NCBI GenBank assembly: GCA_951406725.2
Contig: OX597821.1
Coordinates: forward strand, 2,108,001 to 2,172,000
Length of the DNA: 64,000 nucleotides
From: Octopus vulgaris
Lineage: Eukaryota
Direction of reading: 5' to 3'
Each line of letters starts with the position of its first letter. The first letter of the stretch is position 1. The notes under the pieces were generated by a model, which worked only from the letters and a program-made list of their open reading frames with translations, was not told the origin of the DNA and made no database searches. Below, one piece after another: positions 1 to 11,236 of the stretch. A program made the position numbers and the translations under genes.

Positions 1-135
1 TTTTCGTATTTCATTTTGTTTACATTTGTGACGTCCTGTATGCATGTACATATTTATGCATATACATATATGTATATATGCCTATATATATATTTTATTT
101 ATATTATATATATACATATATATATACATACATAT

Positions 136-223
<88 letters not shown>

Positions 224-394
224 TATGTATTCCATGAAAGGAGTCCTTGTCATAGAAAGCAAATATTTCCCCGGCAAAAAACACAACTCAAACTATGATA
301 AACAACCAGAATTACACAATGGAACAATAACATATCCATCATAGATTTGGTGAACAACATAAAACACAAAACGCCATATAAATTAACATTAGTT

Positions 395-800
395 GTCATT
401 GTGGAGTTTTATCCGTCTATCGGAAAAAATTATTATTCAAAACACTGGACTTTGCCAAGAAGTTCATAGTAATCAATCATCGATCACCAAATGGACTTCA
501 TTATGTATGCAAAACCCCCCTTCTATTTGGCGACAGTAGCTCAGGCTTGGTGATAAGAAATGATGTCTTAAAAGTGAAATAATTTGTGTACCATAATAAG
601 TATTAAGGAGGTTATACATGCTGGAACGAATACACAAATTGTCAGCGACATAAAACATAGGAACGATGGGAGAACTAGTTCGCAAAACATGAGACCTATG
701 AACTTTATAAATTTAGGAGAAGCCAACAAAAGTTATTCAAATAATTCCATCACAAATAAACAACTGAAACCATGGGAGGAATTACTCTTACATAGAATGT
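395..800 (+). pseudogene. Degraded Penelope-like element ORF relic (RT motif and possible GIY-YIG C-terminus)
   Basis: Translation near 397-470 gives VIVEFYPSIGK and, after a frameshift, LLFKTLDFAKKF. This resembles the PLE RT segment DIxEFYPSIxxxLLxxALxFA. The region is broken by stops and frameshifts. Confidence 0.55.
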
Positions 801-1233
801 AAATTATTTCGTACTCACATACATATATCTACATATATATAATGGAATAATTATTGTGAAGCATTGCGTAGAATATATTGTATAAAGATCGTAGGTACGG
901 CCAAAACAGTATGAAGTAAATGCAAAGTAAATCATAAGAAAGCAAATATGTGAATTAATGTAGGTTTACCTTGTATTCAAGAATTTCGGGGTATTGACGA
1001 ATGTTGGCGATGTGCTCATACACACAGGCACATCGGCAACATTCATCAATACTTTGAAAATGGGGTTATACCCCGAAATTCTTGAATACAAGGTAAGCCT
1101 ACATTAATTTACATATTTGCTTTCTTGTGATTTGCCTTGCATTTACTTCGCATAGTTTTGGCCTTACCCACGATCTTTATACAATATATATATATATATT
1201 GTCTATTCGTTCCAGCATGTATAATCTCCTTTA
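603..1233. repeat. Nested inverted repeats / fold-back
   Basis: ~875-995 is the imperfect reverse complement of ~1068-1190. There is a central hairpin at ~992-1052, and 603-640 is inverted against ~1197-1233. Confidence 0.8.
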
Positions 1234-1236
1234 CAA

Positions 1237-1621
1237 GCGCAGGAGTGGCTGTGTGGTAAGTGGCTTGTTTACCAACCACATCGTTCCTGGTTCAGTCTCA
1301 CTGCGTGGCACCTTGGGCAAGTGTCTTCTATTATAGCCTCGGGCATTGTGAGTTGATTTGGTAGACGGAAATTGAAAGAAGCCCGTCGTATATATGTATA
1401 CATATATATGCGTGTGTGTGTTTGTGCATCTGTGTTTGTCATTGCTTGACAACCGATGCTGGTGTGTTTATGTCCCCGTTACTTAGCGCTTCGGCAAAAG
1501 AGACCGATAGAATAAGTACTGGGTTACAAAAGAATAAGTCCCGGGGTCGAGTTGCTCGATTAAAGGCGGTGCTCCAGTATAGCCGCAGTGAAATGACTGC
1601 AACAAGTAAATTAGTAAAAGC

Positions 1622-1622
<1 letters not shown>
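1237..1622 (+). mobile_element. tRNA-derived SINE, family A
   Basis: Head gcgcaggagtggctgtgtggtaag...ggttcagtc has A/B-box-like motifs, followed by ccttgggcaagtgtcttc, an internal TA/TG microsatellite and the tail gactgcaacaagtaaa. At least 8 copies occur in the window. Confidence 0.85.
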
Positions 1623-1659
<37 letters not shown>

Positions 1660-1745
1660 GTATATCTTTTCTCCTGCCACATATATATATACACATATAC
1701 ACATATATACATATACACACATATATATATATACACACATGTACG

Positions 1746-1785
<40 letters not shown>

Positions 1786-1872
1786 TGTAGGTCCCGGGTT
1801 GATTCGGGGTTAACCACAGTAAGTAAGGTACTCAATACATAGCAGAGTAAAATTAATTTATTATATAGAAGG

Positions 1873-1923
1873 AGCTTCTACAGGACTAGTACTGTTTCAT
1901 TCAAGAGAAATCTTCAGGAAGCT
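1873..1923 (-). ncRNA. Type I hammerhead ribozyme motif (PLE pseudo-LTR)
   Basis: Minus strand reads agcttc-CTGAAGA-tttctcttgaat-GAAA-cag-tactagtc-ctg-TA-gaagct. Stem I is agcttc/gaagct, stem II ttc/gaa, stem III acag/ctgt, and the cleavage triplet is GUA. Confidence 0.8.
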
Positions 1924-2271
1924 ATTTAACAAGAATTGTATTAGCATTTATACATTTAGGCAGGTTTAAAGGAGTGGTGGTGGGGGACTTTTTTGGGGGT
2001 AGGCATAGCGCAAAATATCATACTTGGGGGAGTGGTCAAGGAGTCAGTGGTAAGTTAGATGAAAGAATAGATAAATAAAAAAATAAAATAATAAAATAAA
2101 AAAATAAAAAAATAAAAAAATAAAAAAATAAAAAAATAAAAAATATATATAAAAAATATATATATAAAAAAATATATATATAAAAAAAGGGGGGATAGAG
2201 TTATAGGTAAATAAGGAGATTCTCACTTATACCTATACACATATGTATGCGTATCTACACACATATATATA

Positions 2272-2315
<44 letters not shown>

Positions 2316-2614
2316 TATACACATATACATACATATCTACATACACACATACATACACCCGCCCACATATACAAATTTATACACATGCACATGCATATAC
2401 CTGTCTACACATACACACACGTATATATGCATACACTCACTCCCATGCATGCACGCATACACACATGTATATATATACACACGACCACACATACATATAT
2501 ACACAGAAAAAATATATTCATACGCACATACACTCATGCACACACAACACACCTAGTTCCCTATATACACATATTTACACCTATATATACATACACCCAC
2601 ATACACATATGTAC

Positions 2615-2647
<33 letters not shown>

Positions 2648-2762
2648 CATATACACGCATACATATATATACATGTGTGCACATACATACATATACACAT
2701 ATACATACACACACACATACACATGTGTACCTATACATACCTACACATACACACATACATAC

Positions 2763-2794
<32 letters not shown>

Positions 2795-3190
2795 AATCCA
2801 ATACAGGCCCATTCCCTAATTTTAATTTTATTATCTTCATTTATTACTTTTGTTATCTTTGATCGCTAGAGCTAAGGATCCTGGCTATGGCAGCATGTCC
2901 ATTTGTCTGTCTACTAGAAGGCATGTACTCATTCCCGCACGCCCACTCATTAGCACGTACAATCACCCATTCGTACACTCATACACATACACGTACGCAC
3001 GCGTTATATTCATACATACAAACATCTACATACGTTCACGTATATACACATACGTACTCGTACCTACAGATTCGTGTCTACACTTTAGGAGGCTAGTCTA
3101 TACATATACACCAATAAATATACATATATATATATATATACACATATACATACACACACACACATATACTCCTACATACAGATACATACC

Positions 3191-3240
<50 letters not shown>

Positions 3241-3313
3241 CATACACACACACACATATATATACACACACATACATACACATATATATACATACACAAA
3301 CATATATACACAC

Positions 3314-3345
<32 letters not shown>

Positions 3346-3450
3346 ACACACATACATACATATACACACAAACACATACATACGTATACATACATACATA
3401 CATCCATACATCCATACTTACATGCATTTATACGCATACACACACCCCCA

Positions 3451-3489
<39 letters not shown>

Positions 3490-3548
3490 TCACACATACA
3501 TATACAAATATACGCACACACATACATACATACACGTATACGCATACA

Positions 3549-3970
3549 CGCACATACACATATACATGCGTACCCATACACGTGCACACACGCACGTGCA
3601 TCCATATATATACACACACACACATATATACACGTGTGCAAGCATACATACATACTCATACACACACACATACTTACATATACATATATGCACACACTTA
3701 CACACATATATACATACACATATACATGCATACATACATATATGCATACATACACATACACGCACATACACATATACATGCGTACCCATACACGTGCACA
3801 CACGCACGCGCATCCATATATATACACACACACACATATATACACGTGTGCAAGCATATATACATACTCATACACGCACACATACTTACATATACATATA
3901 TGCACACACTTACACACATATATACATACACATATACATGCATACATACATATATGCATACATACACACA
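3549..3970. repeat. Tandem duplication of a ~212 bp complex CA/TA unit inside the pseudo-LTR
   Basis: The unit cgcacatacacatatacatgcgtacccatacacgtgcac... starts near 3549 and again at 3761. It is mirrored in the right arm. Confidence 0.75.
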
Positions 3971-3999
3971 CGCGCACTCATATATATATATATATATAT

Positions 4000-4038
<39 letters not shown>

Positions 4039-4327
4039 CATACACACACATATACATACACACATACATATACATACACATACACATACATACACATATA
4101 TATATATATACACATATATACACATATACACATACATATATACACATATACATACATATACATACACACACACATACATATATACATATACACTGATACA
4201 CATACCCATACATATATATATATATATATACACACACACAAACATATACACATGCATATACTTATATCTCTACATACTCACATATAAACATATATATATA
4301 TACACACATATATATATACATGTACAT

Positions 4328-4408
<81 letters not shown>

Positions 4409-5271
4409 TACATATACACATATACATGTATACATACGCAATAATGATACACATATATACACATACACACACACAGACAGATGCATATACATACATATAT
4501 ATATAAATTACATATCTATATAAATACATACATAATACACATATACACACACATATATATATACATGCATATACATATACAAATATACATACACATACAT
4601 ACACACACACGCGCGCACATACATATACACACACACATATACAAATACATACATACACACATACACACACACACATATATACATACATGTACACACATAC
4701 ATATATATATATATCAACAAGGGAGGGTAAAGTTAATTAGTTATTAATCAATTTCACCAAGTATTCAGTATGTAAAGGGACCATTATTATTTTGAGTAAA
4801 CAATGTTAGAGGGAAAAAAATTCTCTAAGTAGTGGAAGAGGCTAAAAAACTTTATTGGCTGCTATTTCTAGAAAGTTTAGTATGTGGCAAAGTAATTTAT
4901 TTTATTTTACTAAGCCCTAATTATATAATATGTTATACATACATACACATACATAAACACATACATTTACACATACATATGCATATACGTATATACACAT
5001 ATACATACAAACACAAATACATATATACACACACACACACATACAAGCACATACATATATATATATATATATACATATATGCAAATATATATACATATAT
5101 ATATTTTTACATGCATACATACACACACACACACATAATACATGCGTATATTCCTACTGTACCCATGCATTTCTATACATATATACATACATACGATACA
5201 CATATACAAGCGTGCACATACAATATGTGAAAGGTCTTAGGAGAAAAGGTGGGGTTGTGGGGGGGTTGTCA

Positions 5272-6521
5272 TCAATCAGGTTGCCGGGTAGGTCTATAGT
5301 TCTTGTAGTTCGCATACTTCTTATGCATGCAATTTGGGGAGTGTTCTGAAAATTTGTTAAGGAGATGGCCTTTGGCGAACAAGATCTCTAGGCTCTCTGA
5401 TATGCATAGGTCACAGCAGGTATGTCCTCCTGTGTACGAGCGCGCCTTCTGTAGTAGTTTCCACTTGGTCTTGAAGGGGATTGAGTTCCTTTTAAGGTAC
5501 CAGATGTGGGCGGCGAGGGTAGTTTGGTTGGATTTATCCTGTCGCCGGAACGAGTGTGTATGTGCGTACCAGCGGGTCTTAAAGCTGTTTGACGTCATTC
5601 CAATGTAGGATTTACTTTTATCGTCAAGGCCTGATCTTACCTCGCATTTATATACTAGGTCCCTCTGTAGGCAGTTGTTGTTGAGGGGGCAGGTGGTTTT
5701 ATCATGGCAGTTGCAACTGCTATCGGACGTTGGATGGGCCCCGGAGAAAGTAGATATGTTAAGTTTTTTCACATTGTTGTTGGCTAGGTTCCTGGCTAGA
5801 TTGGGCGTGGTAGAGTAGGAGAGTCTAATAGTGTTCTTATTTAGGATAGTGTAGTACTTATGTTGGGTGGGGAAGTGTTTCTGTAGGAGAGTGAAAAAGA
5901 TCTTAGCTACAGGTGTAGCGACCTCACGGTTGAAGGGGGGTTGTACCAGCTAATGTGTCTTCGTCTATTTTTCCTGGGTTGGCGTGGGGCTATACTAGTG
6001 TAGGTAATCTTATCTTTAAAACCACTGCGGGCCAGGGCCTCGTTGTAATAGGGGGCTGCGGCTTTAAAGATATCTTCCGTGGCGGACAGGCTAGAGATTC
6101 TAATTGAGACACTTTTTACTAGGTTATCTAATATATTTTTGGGGTGGTTGGAATTGATATCTATATATCTAAGGGATTCATTTGGTTTGTGGTACGGGTA
6201 ATAAAGTGAGGTTTTTAAGTCGAGGGTGACATCGAGGAAGTTAGCCTTTGTTAAGTTGGATTCTAGGGTAATCCTAAGGCCTAAGTTTTTAAAGAAGGTG
6301 TGAAGATTTTTCCGGAACCCATCCGTGGTCCTGGGGTTTATATTGTGGAGGGCGAAAAGGCCGTCATCTCGGTAAAGACCACCGGAGAGGCCTGTGAATA
6401 GGGTTTTCAGCCTATGGAGGATGAAAAGGCCCACTAGGTCACTTATTTCAGCAGAGTCGTTAGCACCCATGCTGACGTCGAAGGGGGTCACAGATTTTTT
6501 GTTGATCCAGTGGGATCCGTC
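5272..6521 (-). pseudogene. PLE reverse transcriptase C-terminal half, Cys-rich linker and GIY-YIG endonuclease; 5'-truncated with one frameshift
   Basis: RT/thumb motifs FDVSMGANDSAE, GLYRDDGL, NFLDVTLDL, SNHP and WYNPP are present. They are followed by a CNC-x5-CPL-x3-C linker, LVYKC...SYIGMT...FKTRWYAH (GIY-YIG), and CDLC..E and CMH. The two ORFs join if one C is added to the run at 5935-5940. Confidence 0.9.
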
Positions 6522-7288
6522 ATAGAAATGCATGGGTACAGTAGGAATATACGCATGTATTATGTGTGTGTGTGTGTATGTATGCATGTAAAAATATATA
6601 TATGTATATATATTTGCATATATGTATATATATATATATATATGTATGTGCTTGTATGTGTGTGTGTGTGTATATATGTATATGTGTTTGTATGTATATG
6701 TGTATATACGTATATGCATATGTATGTGTAAATGTATGTGTTTATGTATGTGTATGTATGTATAACATATTATATAATTAGGCTTAGTAAAATAAAATAA
6801 ATTACTTTGCCACATACTAAACTTTCTAGAAATAGCAGCCAATAAAGTTTTTTAGCCTCTTCCACTACTTAGAGAATTTTTTTCCCTCTAACATTGTTTA
6901 CTCAAAATAATAATGGTCCCTTTACATACTGAATACTTGGTGAAATTGATTAATAACTAATTAACTTTACCCTCCCTTGTTGATATATATATATATGTAT
7001 GTGTGTACATGTATGTATATATGTGTGTGTGTGTATGTGTGTATGTATGTATTTGTATATGTGTGTGTGTATATGTATGTGCGCGCGTGTGTGTGTATGT
7101 ATGTGTATGTATATTTGTATATGTATATGCATGTATATATATATGTGTGTGTATATGTGTATTATGTATGTATTTATATAGATATGTAATTTATATATAT
7201 ATGTATGTATATGCATCTGTCTGTGTGTGTGTATGTGTATATATGTGTATCATTATTGCGTATGTATACATGTATATGTGTATATGTA

Positions 7289-7365
<77 letters not shown>

Positions 7366-7452
7366 ATGTACATGTATATATATATGTGTGTATATATATA
7401 TATGTTTATATGTGAGTATGTAGAGATATAAGTATATGCATGTGTATATGTT

Positions 7453-7483
<31 letters not shown>

Positions 7484-7656
7484 GTATGGGTATGTGTATC
7501 AGTGTATATGTATATATGTATGTGTGTGTGTATGTATATGTATGTATATGTGTATATATGTATGTGTATATGTGTATATATGTGTATATATATATATATG
7601 TGTATGTATGTGTATGTGTATGTATATGTATGTGTGTATGTATATGTGTGTGTATG

Positions 7657-7747
<91 letters not shown>

Positions 7748-8218
7748 ATATATATATATGAGTGCGCGTGTGTGTATGTATGCATATATGTATATATGCA
7801 TGTATATGTGTATGTATATATGTGTGTAAGTGTGTGCATATATGTATATGTAAGTATGTGTGCGTGTATGAGTATGTATGTATGCTTGCACACGTGTATA
7901 TATGTGTGTGTGTGTATATATATGGATGCGCGTGCGTGTGTGCACGTGTATGGGTACGCATGTATATGTGTATGTGCGTGTATGTGTATGTATGCATATA
8001 TGTATGTATGCATGTATATGTGTATGTATATATGTGTGTAAGTGTGTGCATATATGTATATGTAAGTATGTGTGTGTGTATGAGTATGTATGTATGCTTG
8101 CACACGTGTATATATGTGTGTGTGTGTATATAACTTAGAATAACTTAGAAAGGTTTTTGGCCAGTATTGGCCCAGGCCATGTCTAACTTAATAGCACCAC
8201 CTGGCGAAGTCTTTCAGT

Positions 8219-11200
8219 TCAGGATTTGGGCACCAAGGCCCATTCGAGCAGAGAGTTATTGTTTGCGGAGACATATCCGGGTGTGGATGGTTTGTCCGGT
8301 ACTGTTTGAAGGAATTTGTCCAAAGACTTCTTGAATTTTGTGTGGTCAGTTTCTTTTTTGACGTGTCCTGGTGTAATGTTGAAGAGAGCGGGTCCAATTG
8401 AGGTGAAATAGTTGTGCCGTATTGTCGTTATGTGATGCGATTTAGATTTTTGTTGTGGACGGATGGCACGTGGTCCAAGCCTTGGATGCATTTTGAAGGT
8501 GATGCCAACATCATTCGGACAGTGCTGATGGAATATTTTCCACATCATACAGATAATGTAGCGTTCACGGCGTCGTTGGAGTGAATACAATTTCAGCTTC
8601 TCTAGTCTACCCCAGTAGTCAAGGTCTGACATGCCATCTATCTTTTTTGTGATTGACCTTTGGGGAGCTTCAATTCTCATAATATTTTGTTTTGTGTAGG
8701 GAGACCACAGTGGACAGCAGTATTCAAGGTGGGGTCGGGCAAAAGTGGAGAAGAGAAGGATAATAGCGTGGGAATCTCTCGACTGGAAGGTTCTGAGAAT
8801 CCAGGAACACATTCTGCGGGCCATGTCAACTTTGCTGCTTATATGTGTAGCCCAGCTTATGTTGTTGTCCACTGTTACTCCCAGGTCTCTGATGTTGTTG
8901 GATGCCATGAGAATTTCTCCAGAAGGAAGAGAGTATGGGAGTTTCAGAGCGTCCTCCCTTCCAAAGTGGATCAGTTCGAATTTGTCTTCATTTAGCAACA
9001 TGTTATTCTTTTCCGCCCATTGGACAACAGCTAGTAGGTCTGACTGAAGGTTTATTCGGTCATCCACGCCATTGATGACCTTCTGGAGCTTGGAATCATC
9101 AGCGAAGGTTCTGATGTTACTGTGTTTGATGGTGTCAGTAATATCATTTATGTAGATGATGAAGAGAAGTGGGCCCAACACAGTGCCTTGTGGGACACCA
9201 CTGCTGACTTTGGCTGGGCTGGATTTGACTCCTTCGACTACAACATGTTGGGTTCTGTTAGAGAGGAAGCACTTGATCCATTGCAGCAGCTTTCCAGTGA
9301 CACCAATATTGGACAGCTTTCTCAGAAGGATCTTATGATCAACCCTGTCAAAGGCCTTGCTGAAATCAAGGTAGATGACATCAGTGTTGGAACCCTCTCC
9401 CAAGGCTCTCAAAATGTCATCAAAATGATGCAGTAGCTGCGTCAGGCAATCTCTCCCATTACGGAATCCATGCTGGTTGGGGTTCAGCATATTATGACTC
9501 TCAAGGAAGTGAGTCATACGCGATCTCAGCACCCTCTCAAATACCTTGATGATATGAGAGGTGAGTGAGATTGGACGGTAATTCACGGCAAGCGATTTGT
9601 TTCCTTTTTTGAAAACTGGGACAACAGACTGGGATAGAAGGTCTTCTGGTATATATCCAGCATCCAATGAGTTCCGCCACAGATTGGCTAGAGGGGGTGC
9701 AAGTTGGTTTTGACACATCTTCAAGACACAAGCAGGGAACCTATCGGGACCTACTGCTGAATTATGCTTCATTTCCTTTATTGCTGCTAAGACATCAGGA
9801 GCGCCAAATGTTATGTCCGATAAAGTGTATTGGGGAGTAACATCACTGATACAGCCCAGATCAGTCATATCAGGATTGCTGAAAACAGAGCAATATTGTT
9901 TCTGCAATATTTCTCCCATGGTTTTGGCATTGTCTTGAAGAATACCATTTTCATCAATCAGAGGGCCAACAGTAGAACCAGTGACTCTGTGTTTTTTTGC
10001 AAATGAAAAGAACACTTTGGGATTGAGTTTGATCTTCTCAATGGCCCAGGCCTCTTCAGCTCTTCGCTGACTATTGATGATAGACATCATGTTGTTTTGG
10101 AGTTTATGTTTTTTAATCTCTAGCGACGAGATGGCAGTCAGGTTGGTGTGTTGCTGTTGACAGTATTTCAGCATGTTGATCTTTTTGTTGATTCTTTTAA
10201 TTTTCCTTATGAGAGATTTTCTATTTCTAGGGATTCGACACTTAGATTTGTTTGCAGATCTTAATGGGGTGTGTCTTGCACATATGTTCGTGATGGTGTC
10301 TACAAGTGACTGCCAGGACTTTTTGATGTTAGTGGGTGTGTATGTGTGCGCGAAGGACCAATCGACTTGTGCAAGATCATTATTGATCGCTTCCCAGTTT
10401 GCATTGTGGAAATCCATAGTGTCAAATGGATGAACAGGAGGGATGACATCTGTTTTGCATTTTGGCCAGTGAAATCTCAGATCACAGAGAACCATGTCAT
10501 GGTCGGAGAGTAGGGTTTTCTCCACTGCAATATTGTGGATAGTATCAGTGTGATTGCTGAAAATTAAGTCTAAGACGTTTTTGTGACATCTCGTTGGTTC
10601 GAGTACCAGTTGGGACAAGAAGAAGTCATCCATGAAGTCAAGAAGCGATTCCACTGCCTCCCTGTCAGGGGTTGAGAGAGAAGAACCTGGCGGCAGACTG
10701 TTTGTAGACCAGTCAACCCCGGGAAGGTTGAAATCTCCCATCATTAAAATGTTGTCAGGTTGACACTGCTGAATGAAACACTTTATGCTGTTGAGGCATT
10801 CCTTGAAGCATGGTAGGGGCGTTTGGGGTGGTCTGTAGAGCCCAACTACTATTAAGTTGTTGGTTTGACTGAATACAGCGACTGCTTCGCAGTATCCATT
10901 CGAAAATATGTTCATGGCTTCTGTTGAGAATGAATCATGGACATAAATGGCAGTCCCACCCTTTCTTCTGCCAACACGATCAGCACGAATGGTTTTGAAA
11001 TTTTTAACTTTCACCTCGGCTTCCAAGTGGAGGTCACTAAGATGGGTTTCAGTGAGGACGAAGAAAGGGATGTGGTTTGGATGGGCCTCGACCCAGTCCT
11101 CCAGGAATCTTATCTTCCATTTTTGTGTATTGGTGGAAGGGCTGATGCCTTGGGCATTAAGCAGAAATGTTGAGGCGAGAGTGGATGGTTTTAATTGTTT

Positions 11201-11236
11201 TGGTGATTTGTTAATTTGATTGCTTTTTAATGGCAT
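8219..11236 (-). CDS. LINE ORF2: AP-like endonuclease plus reverse transcriptase, 1005 aa, uninterrupted
   Basis: APE motifs NAQGI, LTETHL, YRPP, MGDFN, LDLIF and SDH are present. RT motifs GPD, YRPISLTS, QHGFR, DFSKAFD, GVPQG and FADD are present. The C-terminus is CR1-type (RPHLEY, YWGRLEKLKLYSLQRRR). Confidence 0.96.
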   Translation of the reverse strand: MPLKSNQINKSPKQLKPSTLASTFLLNAQGISPSTNTQKWKIRFLEDWVEAHPNHIPFFVLTETHLSDLHLEAEVKVKNFKTIRADRVGRRKGGTAIYVHDSFSTEAMNIFSNGYCEAVAVFSQTNNLIVVGLYRPPQTPLPCFKECLNSIKCFIQQCQPDNILMMGDFNLPGVDWSTNSLPPGSSLSTPDREAVESLLDFMDDFFLSQLVLEPTRCHKNVLDLIFSNHTDTIHNIAVEKTLLSDHDMVLCDLRFHWPKCKTDVIPPVHPFDTMDFHNANWEAINNDLAQVDWSFAHTYTPTNIKKSWQSLVDTITNICARHTPLRSANKSKCRIPRNRKSLIRKIKRINKKINMLKYCQQQHTNLTAISSLEIKKHKLQNNMMSIINSQRRAEEAWAIEKIKLNPKVFFSFAKKHRVTGSTVGPLIDENGILQDNAKTMGEILQKQYCSVFSNPDMTDLGCISDVTPQYTLSDITFGAPDVLAAIKEMKHNSAVGPDRFPACVLKMCQNQLAPPLANLWRNSLDAGYIPEDLLSQSVVPVFKKGNKSLAVNYRPISLTSHIIKVFERVLRSRMTHFLESHNMLNPNQHGFRNGRDCLTQLLHHFDDILRALGEGSNTDVIYLDFSKAFDRVDHKILLRKLSNIGVTGKLLQWIKCFLSNRTQHVVVEGVKSSPAKVSSGVPQGTVLGPLLFIIYINDITDTIKHSNIRTFADDSKLQKVINGVDDRINLQSDLLAVVQWAEKNNMLLNEDKFELIHFGREDALKLPYSLPSGEILMASNNIRDLGVTVDNNISWATHISSKVDMARRMCSWILRTFQSRDSHAIILLFSTFARPHLEYCCPLWSPYTKQNIMRIEAPQRSITKKIDGMSDLDYWGRLEKLKLYSLQRRRERYIICMMWKIFHQHCPNDVGITFKMHPRLGPRAIRPQQKSKSHHITTIRHNYFTSIGPALFNITPGHVKKETDHTKFKKSLDKFLQTVPDKPSTPGYVSANNNSLLEWALVPKS

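Larger units (their letters stand above)
1856..5176 (-). repeat. Left arm (sense pseudo-LTR / 3' region), about 3.3 kb, mostly TA/CA microsatellite
   Basis: It is the reverse complement of 6522-8130 plus 12817-14608. The unique blocks 1856-2070, 2795-3100 and 4713-4930 match, with only scattered substitutions and repeat-length changes. Confidence 0.92.

Noticed and set aside
5907-6842. 311 aa ORF taken as a real protein with an H/I/Y-rich N-terminus
   Set aside because: The first ~105 residues come from the inverted microsatellite arm fused at 6521/6522; only the remainder is RT.
6925-6965. ctgaatacttggtgaaattgattaata as another hammerhead in the arm
   Set aside because: The core is non-canonical and there is no convincing stem I or stem II.
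8660-11219. Several + strand ORFs within the LINE
   Set aside because: They are antisense shadows of ORF2 with no recognisable motifs.
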